Below, in pieces: positions 30,819-41,359 of a DNA stretch of 64,000 bases; position 1 is the first letter of the stretch, and the number at the start of each line of letters is the position of its first letter. The position numbers and the translations under genes are program-made. This stretch comes from an uncultured delta proteobacterium (GTDB taxonomy: Bacteria; Myxococcota_A; UBA9160; UBA4427). Location: the NCBI GenBank assembly GCA_963822965.1, contig CAWGJT010000005.1, positions 992,001 to 1,056,000 on the forward strand. The letters are read 5' to 3'. Under the pieces are notes generated by a model. The model worked only from the letters and a program-made list of their open reading frames with translations. It was not told the DNA's origin and did no database searches.

Positions 30819-30995
30819 CGAAGGGCTCCCGGAAGCTCTCCCGCGGTGGACAATTACGAAACGCCTCGTATCGTACCCGATACCCGGCCCGCGTCGCGAC
30901 AGCATCGGGGCGCCCGGACCCAATCGAGAGTCGAAGAGAGAAGCAGAGAAGAGAGAAGACAGAAGAGAGAAGAAGCGAGTCGGAAGGAGCAGCGC

Positions 30996-32132
30996 ATGGG
31001 CCCCCTGGCAGGCAACCGCATCATCGAGATCGCCGGCATCGGCCCGGGCCCCTTCGCGGCCATGGTGCTGGCGGACATGGGCGCCGACGTGATCCGGGTG
31101 GAGCGCCCGGGTGGCGGCCTATTCGGCTCGGGCAGCCCCAGCGACCTGCTGAACCGGGGAAAGCGCTGCGCGTGCGTCGACCTCAAGCAGCCCCAGGGCG
31201 TGGAGGTGGTGCTGCGCCTCGTCGAGGGCGCCGACGCGCTCGTCGAGGGCTTCCGTCCCGGCGTGGCCGAGAAGCTCGGCATCGGCCCGGAGGCGTGTCT
31301 CGCCCGCAACCCGGCCCTCGTCTACGGTCGCATGACCGGCTGGGGACAGGACGGCCCCCTCGCCCGGGAGGCCGGTCACGACATCAACTACATCTCGCTG
31401 ACGGGCGCGCTGCACGCCATGGGCCGAGCGGGCGAGAAGCCCGCCATTCCGCTGAACCTCGTCGGCGACTTCGGCGGCGGCGGGCTGATGATGGCCTTCG
31501 GCGTGGTGTGCGCGCTGCTCGAGTCGAAGACGAGCGGCCGCGGCCAGGTGGTGGACGCCGCCATGGTGGACGGCGCCTCCCTGCTGATGGCCAGCATCTA
31601 CGGCGCCCGCATGGCGGGCTGGTGGACCGGCGAGCGCGGCACCAACATGCTCGACTCGGGCGCCCACTACTACGAGGTGTACGAGACGTCGGACGGCAAG
31701 TACGTCTCGGTGGGCGCCATCGAAGCGAAGTTCTACGCCAACCTGCTCGAGCGCCTGGGCCTCGCCGGCGAGACCCTCCCCGACCAGAACGACCGCGAGT
31801 CCTGGCCCGCCATGAAGGAGCGCTTCGCCGCCATCTTCCGCACGAACACCCGCGACGAGTGGTGCCGCGTCTTCGAGAGCAGCGACGCCTGCTTCGCCCC
31901 CGTGCTGGAGATGAACGAGGCGCACACGAATCCGCACATGGCAGCCCGGGACACGTTCGTCGAGGTGAACGGGTCGAGGCAGCCCGCCCCGGCCCCGCGC
32001 TTCTCGCGCACCGCCCCGCGCATCGGCATCCCGCCGGCCCGGCTGGGGGAGCACACGAGCGAGATCCTCGAGGATGCGGGCTACTCGGCGTCGCAGATCC
32101 AGGTGCTGGAGAGCTCGGGCGTCGTCGTGTGA
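30996..32132 (+). CDS. CaiB/BaiF CoA-transferase III, alpha-methylacyl-CoA racemase-like
   Basis: [37 protein letters not shown]. Confidence 0.92.
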   Translation: MGPLAGNRIIEIAGIGPGPFAAMVLADMGADVIRVERPGGGLFGSGSPSDLLNRGKRCACVDLKQPQGVEVVLRLVEGADALVEGFRPGVAEKLGIGPEACLARNPALVYGRMTGWGQDGPLAREAGHDINYISLTGALHAMGRAGEKPAIPLNLVGDFGGGGLMMAFGVVCALLESKTSGRGQVVDAAMVDGASLLMASIYGARMAGWWTGERGTNMLDSGAHYYEVYETSDGKYVSVGAIEAKFYANLLERLGLAGETLPDQNDRESWPAMKERFAAIFRTNTRDEWCRVFESSDACFAPVLEMNEAHTNPHMAARDTFVEVNGSRQPAPAPRFSRTAPRIGIPPARLGEHTSEILEDAGYSASQIQVLESSGVVV

Positions 32133-32199
32133 CGCCGGAGCCACGGAAGATTCTGGCCTCCACGGTCGCTCGTCCTCGCTGTCTGCCTTTCGAGGCCTG

Positions 32200-33537
32200 C
32201 TACGGGTGATACAGCCGCTTCGCCTCGTCCCGCAGCCAGTCCCGATGATCCGGGTGCGCCACCGCGATCAGCTCCTCGGCCCTCTCTCGCACGCTCTTGC
32301 CCAGGAGTCGCGCCACGCCCTGGTCGGTGACGATCGTGTCCGCGAGCTCGCGGGGGATCGAGACGATCTGGCCGGCCTGGAACTGGGGGACGATGGTCGA
32401 GACGGTGCCGTTCTTGGCCGTCGAGGGGAGCACCGTGCAGGCACGGCCGCGCTTCGACAGGAAGGCGCCGAGCTGGAAGGCGAGCTGTCCGCCCAGGCCC
32501 GAGTAGATGCTGTCTGCCATGGCGTAGACGCCGATCTGGCCCGTGAGGTCGACCATCAGGGCGCCGTTTAGCGTCAGCATGTCGTCGTGCTTCGCGATCA
32601 CCGTCGGGTCGTTGGTGTATTCATACGAGCGCATCTGGAAGAACGGGTTCCGCTCGATGTGGTCCACGTCCTCGAGGCTGTTGCCGATGAAGCAGGCCAC
32701 GAAGCGGTAGGGCTCCACCTGGGCGTAGCGGCTGGTCACGATGCCCTTGCGGGCCAGGGCCACGCAGCCCGGCACCGTCAGCTCGGAGAAGAAGCCCAGG
32801 TCGTTGCAGTCGTCGAAGGCGCCCAGCAGCGGCAGCGCGCCGGTGTGCTTGCCGAGCCCGACCTGGATGGTGTCCCCGTCCTTCACGATGGACTTGACGT
32901 TCGCCGCGATGCGGCGGTCCACCTCGGGGAAGCTGGCCGGGTCCGGGTCCGGGGCGCCGAGCCGCGGGCGGTCGCCCTGCACGAAGGCATCCACCTGGGA
33001 GACGTGGAGCCAGCTGTCGCCGCACGTCCGGGGCAGGCCGTCGCTGATCTCGACGATCACGCGCTTGGCCCGCCTTGCCGAGGAGACCGCGTCCCACACG
33101 GAGTTGCCCACGCACGACCAGCCGCGCTCGTCCGGGGGCGTCGCCAGGATGAGCAGGTCGTCGATGGGCTGGCCTTCGCCGGGCCGGGTGTCGGCGGCCT
33201 TGTGCTGGTTGATCATCGAGAAGGGGTGGAAGTCGATGATCCGCTCGGAGAGGGCCTGGCGGTTGTCGGGGGCGAGCGCGTACTGCACCTGCAGGTCCCA
33301 GGCGTCCCGGGCATCCTCGCGGAACCAGCCCATGTTCGGGATGACGATGCTGCGGATCTTGACGTCCCGGAGCTCCTGCTCCCGGGTGGCGAGGGCGGCC
33401 AGGATGGCGGGGGGCTGGTGGGCGCTGGGCATCCAGACGAGGTCGCCCGACTCGACGAGACCCGCCGCCGCGTAGGGGTCCACGAGCTTGCGTTCGAAGT
33501 CGGCCTTCGGGTCGACGGACAGATCGAGCTTCGCCAC
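32200..33537 (-). CDS. Acetyl-CoA hydrolase/4-hydroxybutyrate CoA-transferase family
   Basis: DGDTIQVGLG, VDLTGQ, SGLGGQ, LLGKSVRERAEELIAVAHPDHR. Confidence 0.87.
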   Translation of the reverse strand: MAKLDLSVDPKADFERKLVDPYAAAGLVESGDLVWMPSAHQPPAILAALATREQELRDVKIRSIVIPNMGWFREDARDAWDLQVQYALAPDNRQALSERIIDFHPFSMINQHKAADTRPGEGQPIDDLLILATPPDERGWSCVGNSVWDAVSSARRAKRVIVEISDGLPRTCGDSWLHVSQVDAFVQGDRPRLGAPDPDPASFPEVDRRIAANVKSIVKDGDTIQVGLGKHTGALPLLGAFDDCNDLGFFSELTVPGCVALARKGIVTSRYAQVEPYRFVACFIGNSLEDVDHIERNPFFQMRSYEYTNDPTVIAKHDDMLTLNGALMVDLTGQIGVYAMADSIYSGLGGQLAFQLGAFLSKRGRACTVLPSTAKNGTVSTIVPQFQAGQIVSIPRELADTIVTDQGVARLLGKSVRERAEELIAVAHPDHRDWLRDEAKRLYHP

Positions 33538-33688
33538 CGCGCCTCCTCCCTCTGCGCCTGACTTGCGCACTCCGGGCCGGAGATCCTACCGATCCCCGGC
33601 CCGGAGAGCCCGATGCGGCGTGGGTGGGAGCCGCCCGAACCCGATAAGCTCTGGGACGCTTCGAGACGGAATTCGACCGGAGGACCCC

Positions 33689-35401
33689 ATGCACGACCTC
33701 GTGATTCGCAACGGCAAGATCGTCGACGGCACCGGCGTCCCCGCGCGCGTGGGCGACATCGGCATCGACGGCGACCGCATCACTGTGGTCGGAGACGACG
33801 TCGGCGCCGGGCGCCGCGAGATCGACGCGTCGGGCCTGCTGGTGACCCCCGGCTGGGTGGACGTGCACACCCACTACGACGGGCAGGTCACCTGGGACCC
33901 CTATCTCTCGCCGTCCAGCTGGCACGGCGTCACGACCCTGGTGATGGGCAACTGCGGGGTGGGCTTCGCGCCGGTGCGGCCCGGCCAGGAGGACTTCCTG
34001 ATCGAGCTGATGGAGGGCGTGGAGGACATTCCCGGCACGGCCCTCGCCGAGGGCATCTGCTGGGGCTGGGAATCGTTCCCCGAGTATCTCGACGTGCTCG
34101 ACGCCATGCCCCGAGCCATCGACGTGGCCGCCCAGGTGCCCCACTGCGCGGTGCGCGCCTACGTGCTGGGCGAGCGCGCCCACGATCTCGAGGTGAGCGA
34201 CGACGAGATCGCCGAGATGCGGCGCATCACCCGGGAAGGCCTCGAGGCCGGCGCCGTGGGCTTCACCACCTCGCGCACGGTGCTGCACCGCTCGAAGCAC
34301 GGGCTGGTGCCGGGCACCTGGTCGAAGCCCGAAGAGCTGGTGGGCATCGGCGAGGCCCTGGGCGAGGCGGGCCACGGGGTGTTCGAGATGGTGGCGGACT
34401 CCATGGGCCAGGATCCCGACCTCTCCTGGATGCGGGACCTGAGCACGAAGACCGGCCGGCCCATCACGTTCGCGCTGGCCCAGAGCCCGTTCCAGCCCGA
34501 GGCCTGGCGGACCACCCTGCACGCGATGTCGGCGCTGAACGAGTCCGGGGCGCACATCGTTCCCCAGGTGCCGTGCCGGCCCACGGGCATGCTCTTCGGC
34601 CTGCAGAGCTCGGCGCACTCGTTCCTCTTCCACCCGAGCTACAAGGCCCTGGCCGAGCTGCCCCTGGCGGAGCGGGTCGCCGAGCTGCGCAAGCCCGAGG
34701 TCCGCGAGCGCATCCTCGGCGAGAAGCCCGAGACCGACCAGCCCCTGGCCGTGGCCATCATGATGAACTGGGCGGGCATCTATCCCCTGGGCGATCCGCC
34801 CGACTACGAGCCCACGCCGGAGACCAGCGCCGCCGCCGTCGCCGAGCGCGAGGGACGCCGGCCCGAAGAGGTGGTCTACGACTGGATGCTCGAGCAGGAC
34901 GGACGCGCCTTCCTGTTCGTGCCGCTGGCCAACTACCTCGACGCGAACCTGGACGCCGTCCGCGAGATGCTCGTGGACGAGAACACGATGATCGGCCTGT
35001 CGGACGGCGGCGCACACTGCGGTCTCATCTGCGACTGCAGCATGCCCACCTATCTGCTCACCCACTGGGCCCGGGACCGGAAGCGCGGCCCCGGCATCCC
35101 GCTCGAGCAGGTGGTGAAGAAGCAGACCGCGGACACCGCGAAGGTCTACGGCTTCGACGACCGGGGCGTGCTGGCGCCCGGCATGAAGGCCGACCTCAAC
35201 GTGATCGACTTCGAGGGCCTGCTGCTGCACGCGCCGCAGATGGTCTTCGACCTGCCGGCGGGCGGACGCCGCCTCATCCAGAAGGTGGACGGCTATCGCG
35301 CGACCATCTGCTCGGGGCAGGTGGTGTTCGAGAACGGCGAGCCGACCGGGGCCCTGCCCGGCCATCTGGTGCGAGGACCGCAGCCGGCCCCCGCGCGCTG
35401 A
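33689..35401 (+). CDS. N-acyl-D-amino-acid deacylase-like amidohydrolase (paralogue of 19025-20770)
   Basis: Same motifs: [21 protein letters not shown]. Confidence 0.92.
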   Translation: MHDLVIRNGKIVDGTGVPARVGDIGIDGDRITVVGDDVGAGRREIDASGLLVTPGWVDVHTHYDGQVTWDPYLSPSSWHGVTTLVMGNCGVGFAPVRPGQEDFLIELMEGVEDIPGTALAEGICWGWESFPEYLDVLDAMPRAIDVAAQVPHCAVRAYVLGERAHDLEVSDDEIAEMRRITREGLEAGAVGFTTSRTVLHRSKHGLVPGTWSKPEELVGIGEALGEAGHGVFEMVADSMGQDPDLSWMRDLSTKTGRPITFALAQSPFQPEAWRTTLHAMSALNESGAHIVPQVPCRPTGMLFGLQSSAHSFLFHPSYKALAELPLAERVAELRKPEVRERILGEKPETDQPLAVAIMMNWAGIYPLGDPPDYEPTPETSAAAVAEREGRRPEEVVYDWMLEQDGRAFLFVPLANYLDANLDAVREMLVDENTMIGLSDGGAHCGLICDCSMPTYLLTHWARDRKRGPGIPLEQVVKKQTADTAKVYGFDDRGVLAPGMKADLNVIDFEGLLLHAPQMVFDLPAGGRRLIQKVDGYRATICSGQVVFENGEPTGALPGHLVRGPQPAPAR

Positions 35402-35452
35402 GACCCGGCGATCGGAACCGAAACCGGCGCGTCCCGGGCTATCGTCCACGAG

Positions 35453-37231
35453 ATGCCCTCGCAGCCCGCGGCCCAGGAACGCTCCGCGCACCGGGACCTC
35501 GGCGGGCCGGGGGCCTGGGCCTGGGCCTGGGCTGCGGCCCTGGCGGTGCTCGTGGTGGTCGCGCAGCTGCCGCTCTTCGACCGCAACTTCGTTCCCATGG
35601 ACGAGGGGCACCTGGCGCTCTCCGCCAGCCGACTGCTCGGAGGCGACGTCCTCTACCGGGACATCCACACGGGCATCTTTCCGGGCATCTACGCGCTGAC
35701 GGCCGGCCTCTTCGCGCTGTTCGGCGAGCAGGTGCTCGTGACCCGCTACGCGGAGATGGCCGTCAACGTGGCCAGCGCGCTGCTGCTCTGGTGGATCGGG
35801 CTGCGTCTGCTTCCCCCGCGCTGGGCCTGGGTGCCGCCGGTGCTCTTCGTGGCGCTGGTGTGGATCTCCTTCCCGGTGCTCTCGATGTTCAACTACTCGG
35901 CGCTGGCGGGCATGCTGGGGCTGGCGGCGCTGCTCTTCGCGCTCCGCTTCCTCGAGCGGGGCCACCACGTGGACGCCGGCGCCGTCGGCCTGCTGGTGGG
36001 CGCCTGTCTCTTCACGAAGCAGAACTACGGCGGGCTCGCCGCGGTGGGCCTGGCGGTGGGCCTCGTGCTGGCGCGCCGCCACTCTGCCCTTCGCGACGTC
36101 CCGCTCGTGCGCTGCTTCGCGCCGATCGTGGTGGCGGGCACGGCCTTCCTGGTGGTGACGATCGGCTGGCTCGCCGCCAGCGGAACCCTGGGCGCCTGGG
36201 TCGACTCGACCCTGACGTCGCTGGTGGGCTCCCAGCTGAAGGACTTCGACAACCCCATCCCGCCGATCCTGGGCGCGCATCCCCAGGGCGATCCGCGCTT
36301 CGTGTATCTCTACATCCCGTCGGGGCTCTTCGACTTCCTGCTGCGCGGCGACCGCTTCCTGGGCCTGCCCCTCGACGCGTCGCTCGTCTCCACGCTGATC
36401 CGCTGCTTCTACGGGCTGCCGCTCGCCGCGCTCGTCGCGGCTCCCGCCTGGCTGGTGTGGAGCGCGCCCGCGCCCGGCGACGTTCCCGGCGAGGCGGCGC
36501 CCGACCCGCGCCGGGCGGCGGCGACCCTCGTGGTGGTGTTCGCGGTGGTCTTCTTCTTCGGCATCTTTCCCTCGGCGGTGTTCTCGCACCTGGTCTACGT
36601 GCTGGCGCCGATCCTGCTGCTCTTCGCCTGGCTGGGCGCACAGGTGGAAGGCGCCCTCGCCGCCCGGGCGGCGGGCTGGGCCCGGGGCTGGCGCGTGCTC
36701 TGCGGCGTGCTCGTGGGCGCCCTCCTGCTGGCGTGCGCGAGCGTGCCCGTGCACGTGGCGGAGAGCTACACGACGCCTTCGGGCCTGCCCCACGTGGACC
36801 TCCTGGTGACCCCCGAGCAGGCGCAGCTCAACGCAAAGACGCTGCGCTTCATCGGCGCGTGCGCCGCCCCGGGAGAGCCCATCTTCACCCTGCCCATCCT
36901 GCCGGTGCTCTACCTGGCGAGCAGCCATCCGAACCCGGTCAAGTGGGACCTGCTCATCCCGGGCGCCATCGACCAGCAGGCCATCGTCGCGGCCCTCGAG
37001 CGCGATCGGGTGCGCTGCGTGGTGCGCCAGCGCGACATGAACCCCGAGTTCCCGCCCCTGAGCGAGCTCTACCCGGTGCTCGACGGCTACGTGACGCGCC
37101 ACTACCGCAAGGGCGTCACCCTCGAGGCCGGGGGCCAGGTGTGGCACGGGCTCACCCGCACGGCACCCTTTGCCGGAGCTCCGCGGCCGGCCGCACCGCC
37201 GGCCGCGAAAGGAGGCAAGAGCAGCCGATGA
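35453..37231 (+). CDS. GT-C fold membrane glycosyltransferase (ArnT/PMT-like)
   Basis: DEG after TM1, LYRDI, KQNYG, many TM helices, periplasmic C-domain. Confidence 0.75.
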   Translation: MPSQPAAQERSAHRDLGGPGAWAWAWAAALAVLVVVAQLPLFDRNFVPMDEGHLALSASRLLGGDVLYRDIHTGIFPGIYALTAGLFALFGEQVLVTRYAEMAVNVASALLLWWIGLRLLPPRWAWVPPVLFVALVWISFPVLSMFNYSALAGMLGLAALLFALRFLERGHHVDAGAVGLLVGACLFTKQNYGGLAAVGLAVGLVLARRHSALRDVPLVRCFAPIVVAGTAFLVVTIGWLAASGTLGAWVDSTLTSLVGSQLKDFDNPIPPILGAHPQGDPRFVYLYIPSGLFDFLLRGDRFLGLPLDASLVSTLIRCFYGLPLAALVAAPAWLVWSAPAPGDVPGEAAPDPRRAAATLVVVFAVVFFFGIFPSAVFSHLVYVLAPILLLFAWLGAQVEGALAARAAGWARGWRVLCGVLVGALLLACASVPVHVAESYTTPSGLPHVDLLVTPEQAQLNAKTLRFIGACAAPGEPIFTLPILPVLYLASSHPNPVKWDLLIPGAIDQQAIVAALERDRVRCVVRQRDMNPEFPPLSELYPVLDGYVTRHYRKGVTLEAGGQVWHGLTRTAPFAGAPRPAAPPAAKGGKSSR

Positions 37232-39444
37232 GCGGCTCCCGCAGCGCTTCGCCCGCGGTCGAGGCCGCCTTCGTCGGTGTCGCCGCCCTGGCGCTCGTGG
37301 TGGTGGGCGGCCTGCTGCTGCCGCGCGGCATCAACCTCTCCGACGAGGGCTTCCTGCTGCAGGAAGCCCTCGACATGCTGCACGGCAAGATCCTCTATCG
37401 CGACATCGAGATGTTCATCGCGCCGGGCATCTGGTTCCTGGTGGCCGGGCTCTTCCGGGTGGTCGAGCCGAGCGTGCTGGCGTCGCGCATCGTGGCCGCC
37501 GTCTCCTATTTCGCGCTGGCGGGCGTGATCTTCCAGCTGGTGCGGGCACAGGTCGGGGGTCGCAGCGGCATCCGATACGCGTCGGTGTGCCTGATGGTGT
37601 ACGCGGCGCTCGCGGTCTGGTCCTTCCCCCACTGGACCTGGGCCTGGTACTCGCCGTGGTCGATCCTCTTCGCGCTGATGGCGCTGCAGGCCCTGCTCGC
37701 CTGGCGCCGGGACCGGCGCCCGGGGCGCCTGCTGTGGATGGGCGTCTGCGTGGGCCTCACCGCCGTCTTCAAGCAGAACTACGGCTTCTTCGCCCTGGCG
37801 GGGAGTGCGACCGGCGTCCTCATCGTGCGGCTCGAGGCCCACGAGAGCGGCACGGGGCTGGCGCGAGAGCTGCTCGCCGACGGGCTTCGCATGGCCGGCG
37901 GCGTGGTGGCGGCGGTCGCCCCCCTGCTGGTCTACTTCGGCATCCACGGCGCGCTGTACTCGATCTACGACCGCTTCTTCCTCTACCCGCTCGAGTTCAC
38001 CACCGCCGCCAACATCCCCTATCTGCCCCTGTCGGCGCTCTTCGACCACGCCGTCTTCGCGGACCGCGTGGCGTCCACCAACTACCTCGCGCAGCTGGCC
38101 CTGAACTCGCCCGCCGAGATCCCGCTGCTGCCCGGCCCGACGACGATCCACCTTCTGCACGCGGTGCTCTACTGGGCGCCGCCGGCGATCCTGCTCCTCG
38201 GGGTGGCGCTGGGCATCCGGCGGCGGAACGGACGCGTGGAGCTCGACGCGCCGCTCCTCGCAACCACCGCCTTCTCGGGGTTCCTGTTCCTCGGCATCTT
38301 CCCGCGCGCCGACTACACCCACCTCGTCACCGTCTACCAGCCGCTGCTGGTGACGGGCGCGCTCGTGTGGCACCGGGCCGCGCAGCGCCTGCCGGAGCGC
38401 ACGCCCACCTGGGCCTGGGTGCCCGTGGCGGGCGGCGTCGCGCTGCTGGGCTTCTACGCCCTGGCCGCCGTGGCCTGGCTCGCGTATCTCGTACAGGCCA
38501 TGACCTCGCCCCTGCCCCAGCGGCGGGGCGGCGTGCTCGTCCACGAGATCACGGCGGTGGGAATCGAGCAGCTCGTCGACGTCGTGCGCGCCCACACCCA
38601 GCCGGGCGAGGCCTTCTTCGGCATCCCGGACATGGCGATGATCAACTTCCTCGCCGAACGACCGGTCCCGGGCTCGCAGTACCAGACCTACGCGCACATG
38701 ATCGCGCGCGACCAGGGAGCCCTCACCACCCGGCAGCTCGACGCGGCGAACGTCCGCTTCGCCATCGCCCGCTACGACAACGTGCTCTCGACCGAGCCGC
38801 GCCTCGCCGCCTATGCGCCCATCCTGGCCGATTACCTGGCGCGCAACTTCGAGGCCACCTGGATGATCCAGAACGACCAGTACCTGCTGCTGGAGCGCCG
38901 GAAGGAGCCCCGCGCAAAGGTGGAGACGCAGAGCGTGCTCGGCGACTGCACCTGGGCCGGCGGCAGCGCGCCGGAGAGCTCGGTGCGGGAGCACCTGCTC
39001 TTCGAGAGCCTGTTCCAGCCCCTGCGTCCCGACGCGTCCACCGAGAATGCCGAGACGCGCTGCCGGGTGCGGGTTCCGGACGGCGCGGTCTTCTCGGTGC
39101 AGGTCGGCTACAAGCACCCCGTCGCCATGGAGCGCGGCGCCTTCATCACGGCCGAGGTGCTGGCCCGAACCGCGGGAGGCGAGCCCGAGCGGCTGCTCCG
39201 CACCGTGCTGGACGTCCAGCCCATGAACGTGGACGGCATCCCGGTGCCCGAGGCCCGGCGCGTCGACCTCTCGCACCTCGCCGGACGCGAGGTGACCCTC
39301 GTCTTCCGCACCGAACGCCGGGGGCGCGTGCGGCTCAGCCCGTTCACCCTCGAGACCTACGGGATGTTCTGGCAGCACCCGGTGCTGGAGCTGCCGGCGC
39401 CCGCGAACGCCGCCGCGGTGCCCGCAGCGATCGACGGCGGCTGA
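37228..39444 (+). CDS. GT-C fold membrane glycosyltransferase with an extra C-terminal beta domain
   Basis: SDEG, LYRDI, FKQNYG, LGIFP; ATGA overlap with the previous gene. Confidence 0.75.
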   Translation: MSGSRSASPAVEAAFVGVAALALVVVGGLLLPRGINLSDEGFLLQEALDMLHGKILYRDIEMFIAPGIWFLVAGLFRVVEPSVLASRIVAAVSYFALAGVIFQLVRAQVGGRSGIRYASVCLMVYAALAVWSFPHWTWAWYSPWSILFALMALQALLAWRRDRRPGRLLWMGVCVGLTAVFKQNYGFFALAGSATGVLIVRLEAHESGTGLARELLADGLRMAGGVVAAVAPLLVYFGIHGALYSIYDRFFLYPLEFTTAANIPYLPLSALFDHAVFADRVASTNYLAQLALNSPAEIPLLPGPTTIHLLHAVLYWAPPAILLLGVALGIRRRNGRVELDAPLLATTAFSGFLFLGIFPRADYTHLVTVYQPLLVTGALVWHRAAQRLPERTPTWAWVPVAGGVALLGFYALAAVAWLAYLVQAMTSPLPQRRGGVLVHEITAVGIEQLVDVVRAHTQPGEAFFGIPDMAMINFLAERPVPGSQYQTYAHMIARDQGALTTRQLDAANVRFAIARYDNVLSTEPRLAAYAPILADYLARNFEATWMIQNDQYLLLERRKEPRAKVETQSVLGDCTWAGGSAPESSVREHLLFESLFQPLRPDASTENAETRCRVRVPDGAVFSVQVGYKHPVAMERGAFITAEVLARTAGGEPERLLRTVLDVQPMNVDGIPVPEARRVDLSHLAGREVTLVFRTERRGRVRLSPFTLETYGMFWQHPVLELPAPANAAAVPAAIDGG

Positions 39445-39460
39445 GAGCCCGAAGCTCCTC

Positions 39461-41251
39461 TCAGCCCGGCGAAGCCGCGTCGGCGTCGCCCCCGCCGCCC
39501 AGGGGCAGGTGCACCCGGAAGGTCGCCCCGGTGCCGGGCTCGGAGGTCACGGTGATCACCCCGCCGTGACGCGTGACGACCTGGTGGGCGATCCCCAGCC
39601 CGAGACCCGTTCCCTCGCCCACCGGCTTGGTGGTGAAGAAGGGATCGAAGATGCGGTCGATCACCTCGGGCGGGATGCCGCAGCCGTCGTCCGCCACGGA
39701 AAGCACCGCGAGCGCTCCCTCGCGTCGCGTCGCGATGCGGATCACCCCCTGCCCGGCGACGGCGTGCATGGCGTTGATGGCGAGGTTCAGGATCACCTGC
39801 TTCAGCTCCTGGGGCGCGCAGAGCACCTCCGGAAGCTCGCCGAACTCGAGCTCGAACTGCACGCCGGGCGTGAGCTGGGGGCGCAGCATGCGCAGGCAGT
39901 CCTCGATCAGCTCGGCGAGCCGGGCGGGCATCCGCTCGGCGGAGCCGCTGTGGGTGAAGTTCTTGACGCCGCGCACGATCTCCGCGGCGCGTTCCACCCC
40001 CTCGATGGACTCGGCGAGCAGGTCGCGTCCCTCGCCCGCCAGGCCCTCGCGGTCCGCCGTCGAGAGCGAGCCGTCGGGACTTTTCGCCAGACGCTCCCAG
40101 TGGTCGCGAAGCAGGCGCAGGTTCGTGCCCACGAATGCGATGGGGTTGTTGATCTCGTGGGCCAGGCCGGCGGCCAGCTCGCCCACCGCCGCGAGCCGCG
40201 CGTTGGTGAGGGAGATGCGGCGCATCTCCTCGAGCTCGCGCAGGTCCCGCAGGACGACCACCATCCCCACCTCGTTGTGCTGGCGCTCGCGCAGCACGCG
40301 GATCGAGACCGACACCGGAATCCGTCGCCCCGACGCCTGGACGAGATCTCGCCGCATCTCTTCGGCCTCGGCGGGGCTGCGCAGGTCGGCCCCGAAGAGC
40401 TCGCCGAGCCGCATGCCGGTGAGGGCGGCGACCGGGTAGCCGGAGAGCCTGACGAGGGACCGGTTCGCGGACCGGATGGTGCCGTCCACGTTCACCAGGG
40501 CGACTCCGTCGTCCAGGGTCTCGAGCATCTGGTCCCCGAAACGGGGACTGGTCATCAGGGAGAGGCCGTAGTGGAAGACCGTCCAGCACACGATGCCTCC
40601 CGTGATGGCCATGGAGGCGGCGCCCAGGCGCGGAAACGGGATCGATGCGGCCGGTAGGACCACGTCGGTCAGCAGGATCGTGACCGTGGGGCTGGCGATG
40701 GCCAGCCACAGCCAGGGCCGCTGCAGAGTGGCCGCGCGCGAGGCGCCCGCCGTCGCCCGCCGGATCACGAAGCAGGAGGAGACGACGACCGAGAGGGAGA
40801 CGCCCTGCGCGACGAAGAGACCGGGGCCGGGATGGAACGACCAGCCCCAGGGCCTCGCGGTGAGCGGGCCGATCACCCAGTCTCCCGTCCAGCACGAGGT
40901 GGCGATCAGGGCGCCCGCCCCGTAGCCCGCCGCCACCACGCCTCCCTGCAGCTTCCGCCAGGGGCGGAACGTCAATGGCGTGGCCAGGGCGAGGGTCTCG
41001 AAGACGATGTGGCCGAGGACCGGTCCGATCGCGAGCCAGGCGGGCGCCGCCAGGCGGAGCCAGAAGCGGGCCTCCAGGGGATCGTCCGCCACGCTGGATG
41101 CCAGCTCGCAGCCCGACCAGCCGGCTGCCAGCAGCAGCTGGAGCGCGAAGAGCTGGGACGCACGGCGTTCCGGCGACTGGGCCAGCACGAAGCCGGCGCT
41201 GGCGGCGGTCACCAGGGTCGCGACCGCCAGCACGAAGGGATAGAAGGACAA
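39461..41251 (-). CDS. Sensor histidine kinase (7TM N-terminus, PAS, HisKA, HATPase)
   Basis: LAHEINNP, NLAINA, DDGCG, FDPFFTTK..GEGTGLGL. Confidence 0.93.
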   Translation of the reverse strand: MSFYPFVLAVATLVTAASAGFVLAQSPERRASQLFALQLLLAAGWSGCELASSVADDPLEARFWLRLAAPAWLAIGPVLGHIVFETLALATPLTFRPWRKLQGGVVAAGYGAGALIATSCWTGDWVIGPLTARPWGWSFHPGPGLFVAQGVSLSVVVSSCFVIRRATAGASRAATLQRPWLWLAIASPTVTILLTDVVLPAASIPFPRLGAASMAITGGIVCWTVFHYGLSLMTSPRFGDQMLETLDDGVALVNVDGTIRSANRSLVRLSGYPVAALTGMRLGELFGADLRSPAEAEEMRRDLVQASGRRIPVSVSIRVLRERQHNEVGMVVVLRDLRELEEMRRISLTNARLAAVGELAAGLAHEINNPIAFVGTNLRLLRDHWERLAKSPDGSLSTADREGLAGEGRDLLAESIEGVERAAEIVRGVKNFTHSGSAERMPARLAELIEDCLRMLRPQLTPGVQFELEFGELPEVLCAPQELKQVILNLAINAMHAVAGQGVIRIATRREGALAVLSVADDGCGIPPEVIDRIFDPFFTTKPVGEGTGLGLGIAHQVVTRHGGVITVTSEPGTGATFRVHLPLGGGGDADAASPG

Positions 41252-41359
41252 GCGTCGATCCTGACGCGAGTGCAGGAATGGGCCTCGCCCCCTGAGAGAT
41301 CGGTCGGATGCCGCTCCTGCTTGATGCCAGGGAGGCGCCGGCTTCCAGCCTGACTGGAA

